The notes under the pieces are model-generated. The model had not been told where the DNA came from. It saw only the letters and a list, made by a program, of their open reading frames with translations, and did not search any database. Positions 23,551 to 37,000 of a DNA stretch of 64,000 nt are shown here, in pieces (position 1 is the first letter of the stretch; each line of letters opens with the position of its first letter). The stretch comes from Pristiophorus japonicus. Its lineage: Eukaryota. The DNA lies in assembly GCF_044704955.1 (NCBI RefSeq), contig NW_027254445.1:310001-374000 (forward strand), read 5' to 3'. Made by a program: the position numbers and the translations under genes.

Positions 23551-26500
23551 ATAGAAACATAGAAAATAGGTGCAGGAGTAGGCCATTCAGCCCTTCGAGC
23601 ATGCACCGCCATTCAATGAGTTCATGGCTGAACATGCAACTTCAGTACCCCATTCCTGCTTTCTCGCCATACCCCTTGATCCCCCTAGTAGTAAGGACTA
23701 CATCTAACTCCTTTTTGAATATATTCAGTGAATTGGCCTCAACAACTTCCTGTGGTAGAGAATTCCACAGGTTCACCACTCCCTGGGTGAAGAAGTTTCT
23801 CCTCATCTCGGTCCTAAATGGCTTACCCCTTATGCTTAGACTGTGACCCCTGGTTCTGGACTTCCCCAACATTCTTGGGAACATTCTTCCTGCATCTAAC
23901 CTGTCTTAAACCCGTCAGAATTTTCAATATTTCTACGAGATCCTCTCTCATTATTCTGACCTCCAGTGAATACAAGCCCAGTTGATCCAGTCTTTCTTGA
24001 TATGTCAGTCCCGCCATCCCAGGAATCAGTCTGGTGAATCTTCGCTGCACTCCCTCAATAGCAAGAATGTCCTTCCTCAAGTTAGGAGACCAAAACTGTG
24101 CACAATACTCCAGGTGTGGCCTCACCAAGGCCCTGTATAACTGTAGCAATACCTCCCTGCCCCTGTACTCAAATCCCCTCGCTATGAAGGCCAACATGCC
24201 ATTTGCTTTCTTAACCACCTGCTGTACCTGCATGCCAGCCTTTAATGACTGATGTACCATGACACCCAGGTCTCGTTGCACCTCCCCTTTTCCTAATCTG
24301 TCACCATTCAAATAATAGTCTGTCTCTCTGTTTTTACCACCAAAGTGGATAACCTCACATTTATCCACTTTATACTTCATCTGCCATGCATTTGCCCGCT
24401 TACCGAACCTATCCAAGTCACTCTGCAGTCTCATAGCATCCTCCTCGCAGCTCACACTGCCACCCAACTTAGTATCATCCGCAAATTTGGAGATACTACA
24501 TTTAATCCCCTTGTCTAAATCATTAATGTACAATGTAAACAGCTGGGGCCCCAGCACAGAACCTTGCGGTACCCCACTAGTCACTGCCTGCCATTCTGAA
24601 AAGTACCCATTTACTCCTACTCTTTGCTTCCTGTCTGACAACCAGTTCTCAATCCATGTCAGCACACTACCCCCAATCCCATGTGCTTTAACTTTGCACA
24701 CTAATCTCTTGTGTGGGACTTTCTCGAAAGCCTTCTGAAAGTCCAAATACACCACATTAACTAGTTGTCCACTCTACTGGAAACATCCTCAAAAAATTCC
24801 AGAAGATTTGTCAAGCATGATTTCCCTTTCACAAATCCATGCTGACTTGGACCTATCATGTCACCTCTTTCCAAATGCGCTGCTATGACATCCTTAATAA
24901 TTGATTCCAACAAATTCCCCACTACCGATGTCAGGCTGACCAGTCTATAATTCCCTGTTTTCTCTCTTCCCTCCTTTTTTAAAAAGTGGGGTTACATTGG
25001 CTACCCTCCACTCCATAGGAACTGATCCAGAGTCTATAGAATGTTGGAAAATGACTGTCAATGCATTCACTATTTCCAAGGCCACCTCCTTAAGTATTCT
25101 GGGATGCAGATCATCAGGCCCTGGGGATTTATCGGCCTTCAATCCCATCAGTTTCCCTAACACAATTTCCTGACTAATTAGGATTTCCCTCAGTTCCTCC
25201 TTCTTATGAGACTCTCTGACCTCTTTTATATCCGGAAGGTTGTTTGTGTCCTCCTTAGTGAATACCGAACCCAAGTACTTGTTCAATTGGTCCGCCATTT
25301 CTTTGTTCCCAGTTATGACTTCCCCTGATTCTGACTGCAGAGGACCTGCGTTTGTCTTTCCTAACCTTTTTCTCTTTACATATCTATAGAAGCTTTTGCA
25401 GTCCATTTTAATGTTCCCTGCAAGCTTCTTCTCGTACTCCATTTTCCCTGCCCTAATCAAACCCTTTGTCCTCCTCTGCTGAGTTCTAAATTTCTCCCAG
25501 TCCCCGGGGTCGCTGCTATTTCTGGTCAATTTGTATGCCACTTCCTTGGCTTTAATACTATCCCTGATTTCCCTTGATAGCCACGGTTGAGCCACCTTCC
25601 CTTTTTTATTTTTTCACCAGACAGGGATGTACAATTGTTGTAGTTCGTCCATGCGGTCTCTAAATGTCTGCCATTGCCCATCCACTGTCAACCCCTTCAG
25701 TATCATTCGCCAATCTATCCTAGCCAATTCACGCCTCATACCTTCAAAGTTACCCTTCTTTAAGTTCTGGACCATGGTCTCTGAATTAACTGTTTCATTC
25801 TCCATCCTAATGTAGAATTCCACCATGTTATGGTCACTCTTCCCCAAAGGGCCTCGCACAACGAGATTGCTAATTAATCCTCTCTAATTACACAACACCC
25901 AGTCTAAGATGGCCTCCCCCCTAGTTGGTTCCTCGACATATTGGTCTAGAAAACCATTCCTTCTGCACTCCAGGAAATTCTCCTTCACTGTATTGTTTCC
26001 AGTTTGCTTAGCCCAATCTATATGCATATTGAAGTCACGCATGATAACTGCTGCACCTTTATTGCATGCACCCCTAATTTCCTGTTTGATGCCCTCCCCA
26101 ACATCACTACTACTGTTTGGAGGTCTGTACACAACTCCCACTAGCGTTTTCTGCCCCTTGGTATTCCGTAGCTCCGCCCATACCGATTCCACATCATCCA
26201 AGCTAATGTCTTTCCTTACAATTGCAGTAATTTCCTCTTTAACCAGCAACGTTACCCCGCCTCCTTTTCCTTTCTGTCTATCCTTCCTAAATGTTGAATA
26301 CCCTTGGATGTTGAGTTCCCAGCCTTGGTCATCCTGGAGCCAACCACATCGTATCCGTTAACTGCTATCTGCACAGTTAATTCGTCCACCTAATTCCGAA
26401 TACTCCTCACATTGAGGCACAGATCCTTCAGGCTTGCCTTTTTAACCCACTTAGACTCTTTAGAATTTTGCTGTAAAGTGGTCCTTTTTGTTTTTTGCCT

Positions 26501-27733
26501 TGGGTTTCTCTGCCCTCCACTTTTACTCATCTCCTTTCTGTCTTTTGCTTCTGTCTCCATTTTGTTTCCCTTTGTCTCCCTGCATTGTTTCCCATCCCCC
26601 TGCCATATTAGTTTAACTCCTCCCCAACAGCACTCGCAAACACTCTTCCTGGGACATTGATTCCAGTCCTGCCTAGCTGCAGACCGTCCGGTTTGTACTG
26701 GTCCCACCTCCCCCAGAACCGGTTCCAATGCCCCAGGAATTTGAATCCCTCCCTGCTGCACCACTGCTCAAGCCACGTATTCATCTGAGCTATCCTGCGA
26801 TTCCTACTCTGACTAGCACGTGGCACTGGTAGCAATCCCGCGATTACTACTTTTGAGGTCCTACTTTTTAATTTAGCTCCTAGCTCCTTAAATTCGTCTC
26901 GTCGGACCTCATCCCTATTTTTACCTATATCGTTGGTCCCAATGTGCACCACGACAACTGGCTGTTCGCCCTCCCTTTTCAGAATGTCCTGCACCCGCTC
27001 CGAGACATCCTTGACCCTTGCACCAGTGAGGCAACATATCATCCTGGAGTCTCGCTTGCAGCCGCAGAAACGCCTATCTATTCCCCTTACAATTGAATCC
27101 CCTATCACTATCGCTCTCCCAATCTTTTTCCTGCTCTTCTATGCAGCAGAGCCAGCCACGGTGCCATGAACTTGGCTGCTGCTGCCCTCCCCTGATAAGT
27201 CTTCCCCGTCAACAGTACTCAAAGCGATGTATCTGTTTTGCAGGGGGATGACCGCAGGGGATCCCTGCACTACCTTCCTTGCACTGCTCTTCCTGCTGGT
27301 CTTCCATTCCCTATATGTCTGTGGACCCTTTACCTGCGGTAAGACCAACTCACTAAATGTGCTATTCACGTCATTCTCAGCATCGTGGATGCTCCAGAGT
27401 GAATCCACCCTCAGCTCCAATTCTGCAACGCGGTCCGTCAGGAACTGGAGGCGGATACACTTCCCGCACACGTAGTCGTCAGGGACACGGGAAGTGTTCC
27501 TGAGTTTCCACATAGTACAAGAGGAGCATATCACGTGTCCGAGCTCTCCTACCATGACTAAACCCTTAGATTAACTTAAATTGGCAACAACAATGCTAAA
27601 AGTTACTCACTGATCTCGAAGAGAAAAAAGAAAAACTACTTACCAGTCACCAGCCAATCACTTACCCCCTTGGCGGTGACGTCACCTTTCTATTTCTTAC
27701 TTCTTTTTTGCTCTCTCCCTGTAGCTGCACAAG
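23551..27733 (-). mobile_element. Second near full-length CR1 of the same family as 16718-20930, disabled
   Basis: Collinear ORF1 and ORF2 broken into several ORFs by stops and frameshifts; 3' tail at 23551. Confidence 0.95.
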
Positions 27734-28662
27734 CCTCTCGCAGACACTGCCCGACTCCTTGTCTCATGGCCTTTTGTAGGTCTCTCCACATACCCCGGAC
27801 TGTCTCCTCTCGCAGACACTGCCCGACTCCTTGTCTCGCGGCCTTTTGTAGGTCTCTCCACACACCCCGGACTGTCTCCTCTCGCAGACACTGTCTGACT
27901 CCTTGTCTCATGGCCTTTTGTAGGTCTCCACACACCCCGGACTGTCTCCTCTCGCAGACACTGCCCGACTCCTTGTCTCACAGCCTTTTGTAGGCCTCCA
28001 CACACCTCGGACTGTCGCCTCTCGCAGACACTGTCCGACTCCTTGTCTCGCGGCCTTTTGTAGGTCTCTCCACACACCCCGGACTGTCTCCTCTCGCAGA
28101 CACTGCCCGACTCCTTGTCTCATGGCCTTTTGTAGGCCTCCACACACCCCGGACTGTCTCCTCTCGCAGACACTGCCCGACTCCTTGTCTCATGGCCTTT
28201 TGTAGGTCTCTCCACACACCCCGGACTGTCTCCTCTCGCAGACACTGCCCGACTCCTTGTCTCATGGCCTTTTGTAGGCCTCCACACACCCCGGACTGTC
28301 TCCTCTCGCAGACACTGTCCGACTCCTTGTCTCATGGCCTTTTGTAGGTCTCTCCACACACCCCGGACTGTCTCCTCTCGCAGACTCAGTCCAACTCCTT
28401 GTCTCGCGGCCTTTTGTAGGCCTCCACACACCGCGGACTGTCTCCTCTCGCAGACACTGTCTGACTCCTTGTCTTGCGGCCTTTTGTAGGCCCCCACGCA
28501 CCGCGGACTGTCTCCTCTCGCAGACACTGCCCGACTCCTTGTCTCATGGCCTTTTGTAGGCCTCCACGCACCCCGGACTGTCTCCTCTCGCAGACACTGT
28601 CTGACTCCTTGTCTTGCGGCCTTTTGTAGGTCTCTCCACACACCCCGGACTGTCGCCTCTCG
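27734..28662. repeat. 70-72-bp minisatellite, about 13 copies
   Basis: Unit cctctcgcagacactgcccgactccttgtctcatggccttttgtaggtctctccacacaccccggactgtct, with 2-bp indel variants. Confidence 0.95.
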
Positions 28663-28664
28663 CC

Positions 28665-31600
28665 GATGGAACCAATCAGGAGGCAGGCGATCTTAGATCT
28701 GGTCCTGTGTAATGAGACAGGATTAATAAACAATCTCCTAGTAAAGGATCCCCTTGGAATGAGTGATCATAACATGGTTGAATTTCAAATTCAGATGGAG
28801 GGTGAGAAAGTTGGATCTTAAACCAGCGTACTAAGCTTAATTAAAGGAGACGACAAAGGTATGAGGGCAGAGTTGGCTAAAGTGAATTGGGAAAATAGAT
28901 TAAAGTGTAGAACGGTTGATGAACAGTGACGTACATTTAAGGAGATATTTCACAGCTCTCAAGAAAAATATATTCCAGTGAGGAGGAAAGGGTGTAAAAG
29001 AAAGGAAAAGCGTTTGATTAGGGCAGGGAAAATAGAGTACGAGAGGAAGCTTGCAGGGAACATTAAAATGGACTGCAAAAGCTTCTATAGATATGTAAAG
29101 AGAAAAAGGGTAGTAAAGACAAACTTAGGTCCCCTGCAGTCAGAATCAGGGGAAGTCATAACTGGGAACAAAGAAATGGCAGACCAATTGAACAAGTACT
29201 TTGGTTCGGTATTCACGAAGGAGGACACAAACAACCTTCCGGATATAAAAGGGGTCAGAGGGTCTAGTAAGAAGGAGGAACTGAGGAAAATCCTTATTAG
29301 TCGGGAAATTGTGTTAGGGAAATTGATGGGATTGAAGGCCAATAAATCCCCAGGGCCTGATGGTCTGCATTCCAGAGTACTTAAGGAGGTGGCCTTGGAA
29401 ATAGCGGATGCATTGACAGTCATTTTCCAACATTCCATAGACTCTGGATCACTTCCTATGGAGTGGAGGGTAGCCAATGTAACCCCACTTTTTAAAAAAG
29501 GAGGGAGAGGGAAAACAGGGAATTATAGACCGGTCAGCCTGACATCGGTAGTGGGGAATTTGTTGGAATCAATTATTAAGGATGTCATAGCAGCGCATTT
29601 GGAAAGAGGTGACATGATAGGTCCAAGTCAGCATGGATTTGTGAAAGGGAAATCATGCTTGACAAATCTTCTGGAATTTTTTGAGGATGTTTCCAGTAGA
29701 GTGGACAAGGGAGAACCAGTTGATGTGGTGTGTTTGGACTTTCAGAAGGCTTTGGACAAGGTCCCACACAAGAGATTAATGTGCAAAGTTAAAGCACATG
29801 GAATTGGGGGTAGTGTGCTGACATGGATTGAGAACTGGTTGTCAGACAGGAAGCAAAGAGTAGGAGTAAATGGGTACTTTTCAGAATGGCAGGCAGTGAC
29901 TAGTGGAGTACCGCAAGGTTCTGTGCTGGGGCCCCAGCTGTTTACACTGTACATTAATGATTTAGACGAGGTGATTAAATGTAGTATCTCCAAATTTGCG
30001 GATGACACTAAGTTGGGTGGCAGTGCGAGCTGCGAGGAGGATGCTGTGAGGCTGCAGAGCGACTTGGATAGGTTAGGTGAGTGGGCAAATGCATGGCAGA
30101 TGAAGTATAATGTGGATAAATGTGAGGTTATCCACTTTGGTGGTAAAAACAGAGAGACAGACTATTATCTGAATGGTGACAGATTAGGAAAAGGGGAGGT
30201 GCAACGAGACCTGGGTGTCATGGTACATCAGTCATTGAAGGTTGGCATGCAGATACAGCAGGCGGTTAAGAAGGCAAATGGCATGTTGGCCTTCATAGCG
30301 AGGGGATTTGAGTACAGGGGCAGGGAGGTGTTGCTACAGTTGTACGGGGCCTTGGTGAGGCCACACCTGGAGTATTGTGTACAGTTTTGATCTCCTAACT
30401 TGAGGAAGGACATTCTTGCTATTGAGGGAGTGCAGCGAAGATTCACCAGACTGATTCCCGGGATGGTGGGTCTGACCTATCAAGAAAGACTGGATCAACT
30501 GGTCTTGTATTCACTGGAGTTCAGAATAATGAGAGGGGATCTCCTAGAAACGTTTAAAATTCTGACGGGTTTAGACAGGTTCGATGCAGGAAGAATGTTC
30601 CCAATGTTGGGGAAGTCCAGAACCAGGGGTCACAGTCTAAGGATAAGGGGTAAGCCATTTCGGACCGAGATGAGGAGAAACTTCTTCACCCAGAGAGTGG
30701 TGAACCTGTGGAATTCTCTACCACAGAAAGTTGTTGAGAGCAATTCATTAAATATATTCAAAAAGGAGTTAGATGAAGTCCTTACTACTTGGGGAATCAA
30801 GGGGTATGGCGAGAAAGCAGGAATGGGGTACTGAAGTTGCATGTTCAGCCATGAAATCATTGAATGGCGGTGCAGGCTCGAAGGGCCGAATGGCCTACTC
30901 CTGCACCTATTTTCTATGTTTCTATGTTTCTGCAGCCATCCGTGGCAAACTAAAAAAATAAAGGACGGTATCCAATTAAAAACAAGGGCATACAAAGTGG
31001 CCAAAACTAGTGTGAGGACAGATGATTGGGAAGCTTTTAAAAGCCAGCAAAGAATGACTAAAAAATGATTAAGAAAGGGAAGATAGACTATGAAAGTAAA
31101 CAAGCACGAAATATAAAAACAGAAAACAAGAGTTTCTATAGGAATATAAAAAGGAAAAGAGTGGCTAAAGTAAATGTTGGTCCCTTAGAGGACGAGACCG
31201 GGGAATTAATAATGGGGAACATGGAGATGGCGAAAACTCTGAACAAATATTTTTAGTTAGTCTTTACGGTATTTTTATAGAACAAATATTTTTAGTCAGA
31301 CTAACAATATCCCAATAGTGGATCGACAAGGGGCTATATGGGGAGAGAAACTTAACACAATCACAATCACGAAGGAGGTGGTACTCAGTAAGGTAATGGG
31401 ACTAAAGGCAGATAAATCCCCTGGAACTGATGGCTTGCATCCTGGGGTCTTAAGAGAGGTAGCGCCAGGGATAGTGGATGCATTGGTTATAATTTACCAA
31501 AATTCCCTGGATTCTGGGGAGCTCCCAGCAGATTCGAAAACTGCAAATGTAATGCCCCCATTTAAAAAAGGAGGCAGACAAAAAGCAGGAAACTATAGAC

Positions 31601-32995
31601 CAGTTATCCTAACATCTGTGGTTGGGAAAATGTTGGTGTCCATTATTAAAGAAGCAGTAGCAGGACATTTAGAAAAGCATAATTTGGTCAGGCAGAGTCA
31701 GCATGGATTTATGAAGGGCAAGTCATGTTTGACAAATTTGCTGGAATTCTTTGAGGATGCAACGAACAGGGTGGATAAAGGGGAACCAGTGGATGTGGTG
31801 TATTTGGACTTCCAGAAGGCATTTGACAAGGTGCCACGTAAAAGGATACTGTACAAGATCAAAGTTCACTGGGTTGGGGGTAATATATTAGCATGGATCG
31901 AGGATTGGCGAACTAACAGAAAACAGAGAGTCGGGATAAATGATTCATTCTCAGGTTGGCAATCAGTAACTAGTGGGGTTCCGCAGGGATCAGTGCTGGG
32001 ACCCCAACTATTTATAATCTATATTAATGACTTGGAAGAAAGGACCGAGTGTAACGGAGCCAAGTTTGCTGATGATACAAAGATGGGAGGAAAAGCAATG
32101 TGTGAGGAGGACACAAAAATCTGCAAAAGGATGTCGACAGGCTAAGTGAGTGGGTAAAAATTTGGCAGATGGAGTATAATGTTAGAAAGCGTGAGGTCAT
32201 GCACTTTGGCAGAAAGAAATCAAAGAGCAAGTTATTATTTAAATGGAGAAAAATTGCAAAGTGCTGCAGTACAGCGGGACCTGGGGGTACTTGTGCATGA
32301 AACACAAAAGGTAGAATGCAGGTACAGCAAGTGATCAGGAAGGCCAATGGAATCTTGGTCTTTATAGCAAAGGGGATGGAGTATAGAAGCAGGGACGTCT
32401 TGCTACAGTTATACAGGGTATTGCTGAAGCCACACCTGGAATACTGCGCACAGTTTTGGTTTCCATATTTACGAAAGGATATACTTGCTTTGGAGGCAGT
32501 TCAGAGAAGTTTCACTAGGTTGATTCCAGAGATGAGTAGGTTGACTTATGAGGAAAGGATGAGAAGGTTGGGTCGCTACTCATTGGAATTCAGAAGAATG
32601 AGAGGTGATCTTATCAAAACGTATAAGACTGTGAGAGGGCTTGACAAAGTGGATGCGGAGAGGATGTTTCCACTGATAAGTGAGAGTAGAACAAGGGGGC
32701 ATAATCTTAGAATAAGGGGCCGCCATTTAAAACTGAGATGAGGAGGAATTTCTTTTCTCAGAGAGTTGTAAATCTGTGGAATTTGCTGCCTCAGAGAGCT
32801 GTGGAAGCCGGGACATTGAATAAATTTACGACAGAGATAGACAGTTTCTTTACCGATAAGGGAATAAGGGGTTATGGGGAGTGGACAGGGAAGTGGATCT
32901 GAGTCCATGATCGGATCAGTCATGATCGTATTAAATGGCGGAGCAGGCGCGAGGGGCCGTATGGCCTACTCCTGTTCCTATTTCTTATGTTGTTA
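28665..32995 (+). mobile_element. CR1 (second subfamily) with a nested CR1 of the first subfamily at about 29010-30930
   Basis: Outer ORF2 breaks at ...RKGCKRKE and resumes at SHPWQTK (30933). The inner copy has its own (TTCTATGT)n tail at about 30910-30930; the outer tail is at about 32980-32995. Confidence 0.9.
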
Positions 32996-33035
32996 TGTAA
33001 TGTATGAACCTGTGAGCAGGTTTGTATAGCTGTTG

Positions 33036-33301
33036 TCGATGGGTGCCGGAGGGACTGGAATGCATCATCACCCCCGGCAGCAAATTTTAATTTGATCTTA
33101 ATGTCCAAAGTTTAATTTGTTTAAGTTTGTCGGTTTTAGTGCCCCCTCCCTTTTAGCCAGGGGGCAATTGTATAATTTGTGTTTTGGTGCCCTCAGGAAA
33201 AAAACCCACAGGGGGCACCATAAATGTTTTGGAGTGTTCCCCCCCCCCCTTTAATCAGGGGGCACTTGATTGTTTTCTATAAAATAGTTGCTAATATATT
33301 T
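33036..33301 (+). mobile_element. 5'-truncated Tx1 3' end
   Basis: RWVPEGLECIITPGS plus 3'UTR, homologous to 40075-40200. Confidence 0.8.
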
Positions 33302-33309
33302 AGCTGTTG

Positions 33310-33962
33310 TGGGAGTGTTTCAGCCACTTGTGAGTTGGGAGCCTGTGGAGAAGGAGCTGCTACAACTATCTGTCTGCCTGCCACCAGAGTCTCTCGGAGA
33401 GGAGGAAGAGGCCTGCTGGATTAACACCTTGAGAGGGAGGAGGACCAAGAGCTGCTAGCTTCAACACCCCTGCGACAGAGTTGGAGAGAGGGGAAGAGAA
33501 CAAACTACAAACTGTCACACCATCATCTGTGTGAAAGGAGGCAGAGCCATTTACAACACCGACAGGTGGCTGCACTCTCCAAAAAATACTTTAGTTTGTA
33601 GGTGGGGGGAGGAGAGACCATTTAGGCCGGAACATTGTGGGGGTTTGTGTGTGTGTAAGGGTGTGGGGTTCTTGTGAATAACTAGGCCCCACACACCACT
33701 AAAACACCCCTCTCCCCATTGCCTGGCCCAGGACAGCTCGAGCTGCCTGGGTAATTAACTCCCTTAATTAACATCATTAAGACCTGGTGGAGGATGGTAC
33801 CTGGGTAGTTCCAGCTATCCTGGGTGAAGACATCTTCCCCCACCTGAAGACCATCGATAAAGACTTTGTTTACCATCGAAGAGTGCACCCCTGCCAGCAC
33901 CCACCCAACACTGAGGGGTGACCCTGCCCTCACAGCTTCCCTCTTTCCCACCCCTCTCACTC

Positions 33963-34026
<64 letters not shown>

Positions 34027-37000
34027 GCCCCTCTTTCCTACTCTCAATTGCAATTACTATTATTAATTAAAACTACCCAGCAGAGAGAAAGAGGCCCCTC
34101 CCCAATTGTTAAACACGCAGGGGAGAGGTGTGCCTAATTAAGAGCTCCCGCTGCTCAATTAAAGAGGCCCTGAAGGCCTGTGACATTGGGGTGGGTGTGG
34201 CCTTTAAAGGGACCCTGATATGGCGAGTCCACCTTCGCCGGGGGCGGGGCCAGCAAAAACATGCGCACGTGGTGGTCACTGCTGCCCTGCTGCCCTGCCA
34301 CCTTTTACATTATTGACCAAAAAGAATGGGGTCAAGAGCTACACCCACCCCAACATGACGATTGTGGAGTGCGTGAGGGCAATGGCTGGGGTAGTCAGCC
34401 CCTTGGCCATTCTCGCCACCTCAAAAATGCACATGAAGGCTATGTTCTTCCTGGGGTCAGAGCAGGGAGTGTCCCTGGCCCTGAATAAGGGGCTCACGGT
34501 GGGTGGGACTCGAGACCACCGCACAGAGAATTGTCATCTCCAACGTTCCGCCCTATGTTCCCGGTGTGTTCCTCCTCCCCCACCTACGTCAACTGGTGGA
34601 GGTGAGGGCGGGGATAATGCCGATCCCGCTCGGATTCAGGGAGGCCAGCCTCCCTTGTGTTCTCCGTCCGGCGCCAGCTTTTTGTTCAGCTGGTCCGGGA
34701 GGAGGTAACAGAAGGTGCATTCAATGTGGTCCACGAGGGGACAGCCTACCGCTTCTTCTGGACAGCATGTGGTGCCATGCCTGTAGAGAGGTGGGGCATG
34801 TCCGCAGTGAACTGCCCCGCCTCCAAGGCCGCCAAAACACCTAAAGTGGCCTCGGCTGGTGCCGCCGCCAGTCCTCCCCCCGTTACCGTCCGCGTGTGAG
34901 GAACCAAAGATGCGCGGGCATCGTCGGGGGCCAATGCCATCTCGGCCTCTGGCAGGTTGGAGGGAGAGCGTCCGCGCGGAAGGAAGGCGCGGAAGAAAGA
35001 CAAACACCTTCAGCCGAGTCCCCTCAGTGGGCTAAACAGCCCTATCACTGCGCTTAGCCCCAACTTACCACCGGCGAGCGTGGGGCATTCTGTGCCCAAG
35101 CCCTTGACCATACCCGCATCTGCGGAGAGTTTGCCACCTGCGGTCGGGCGCGGGCAAGAAACCCGGAAGGAAGGAGTGGGGGCAGAGGCCTCGGCAGATA
35201 TGGAGGTCTCCCAGCTTCCGCGTCCCTCCAGACAGAAAAGGAGGCACCGCTCCACGGAAAGGGAGGAGGACCAAGATCCCTCCGTGGAGAAGTTGGTGCC
35301 TGGCGACGGTCCCGCGTCCCCCACCAGCGCTCCCAACATGTGCCGAAGGCGGGGGGAGTCTGTCCCTCAGGGGGGTGAGACAGCCAAGGCTGTCTAGCCT
35401 GAGCCTCCTGGGGATGGGGAAGAAGAACTGTCTGTTGCGGAGGCCACGGGGCAGCAAAAAGAAAGTATCGCCGCAGGATCGAGTGTCCTGGGGACTGAGG
35501 CGGGCAAGGCCGAAGAGTCCGAGCTCGCCCAGTCAAACATCAGCATCCCCCGGGATCTGCTCGACCCGGCAGAAGAGTATCACAAGAACCCCCGCCCGCT
35601 GGGTCAGAGGGTGGTGGTGGGGAGGGTGAGGAACACCAATCTCTGTCCCTGATGTTGGAGCCGGGGTACTTGGAGAACCTGGAGCAGTTCTTCAGCCCGG
35701 TCTCTCCGTGCTCCCCGGTGCCTGGGGCGGAGGGGGACCCCCGTCCGCTGCCACTTCCCGACCCGGTATTCCAGGAAGAGCCCAGGGGGGACTGCTCTGC
35801 CAATGATCCTGGGGGTGGGATTGTGACAGAGGTAGGGCCGGATGGTGCGGCCGGGCCGTTCACCGTACCCTGTGCGGTCGACGGACTGGCCGCTGGTGGC
35901 AACCTCCCGGAGGAGGACGGGGACTCGGTGGTGGACGCGGGAGAGGATTTGGAGTCCATCGGCAGTGAGGCAATGGATCTCCTTGTGCCCGCCGCTGAGT
36001 CCACCCTCATTCCTGCCAAGGAACTCCGGGATTTTTTGGTGCAATGCCAGGGTCACCGCAATAGAGCCCACCTGTCCCTGGACCAATGGTCCAAGTCGGT
36101 GCTGCTCATCAGGTCCGTCCGCCGTCAGAACCATGGGCGCGGACAGGACCTGACCAAAAAAAGTCATCTTCAGCTGCACCGGCTCAGAACGTTCCTCACT
36201 GGGTTGCTGAGGGAGTGGAGGTCATCTCATGACTCCGCTCCCTCCCCACAGTACGTTATTTAGAGGTTGCACTATGCTCTTGGCTCTTGTCATGAAGATA
36301 ACCGTAGCCAGCCTCAACATCAATGGCGGCAGAGAGGCACGCTGAGAATTTAATAATTTTCCGCTCCTTCGGGAGGGGAAATATCTGGTGTGCTTCCTGC
36401 AAGAAACCCACACCGTGCCGGGAGATGAGGCCATGTGACTCCTGGAATGGCAAGGAGAGGTTCGCATGAGCCACCTCACTGCCACTTCTTGTGGGGTGGC
36501 TATCTTGCTGGCCCCACATTTTCAGCCGGAGATCTTGTGGGTCGAGAAGCCTGTGCCAGGCCACTTGCTCCATGTCACGGTTCGCCTGGGGGACGTGCCG
36601 CTCCATTTAGTAAGCAAGTGCGTTTCCGAGAAGAAGTGTCCACTCTTCTAGGCTCCGTCAACGTCGGCGACTGCATTGTCCTCGGGGCAGGATTTTAATT
36701 GCACCCTCGAGGCGAGGGACCACTCCGGTGCCTTGCAGAGCTTGTTGGTGATAGAAACGTTGAGGGATCTGGTCGGGTCCTTCGACTTGGTGGACGTCTG
36801 GCGAAATCTCCATCCCGACTCCAGCACCTTCACTTGGGTGAGGCCTGGAAGAGGAAGGTCCGGAATCGACTGCCTGTACATTTCCCGGGCGTACGTCTCC
36901 TGAGTTCCCCAGCTTCCATGCGGCCGGTGCCGTGCTCGGACCACCACCTGATGTGGGCGGAGCTTGCTTCGCTCCGTGCGCGGGTGGGGTCCGCGTACTG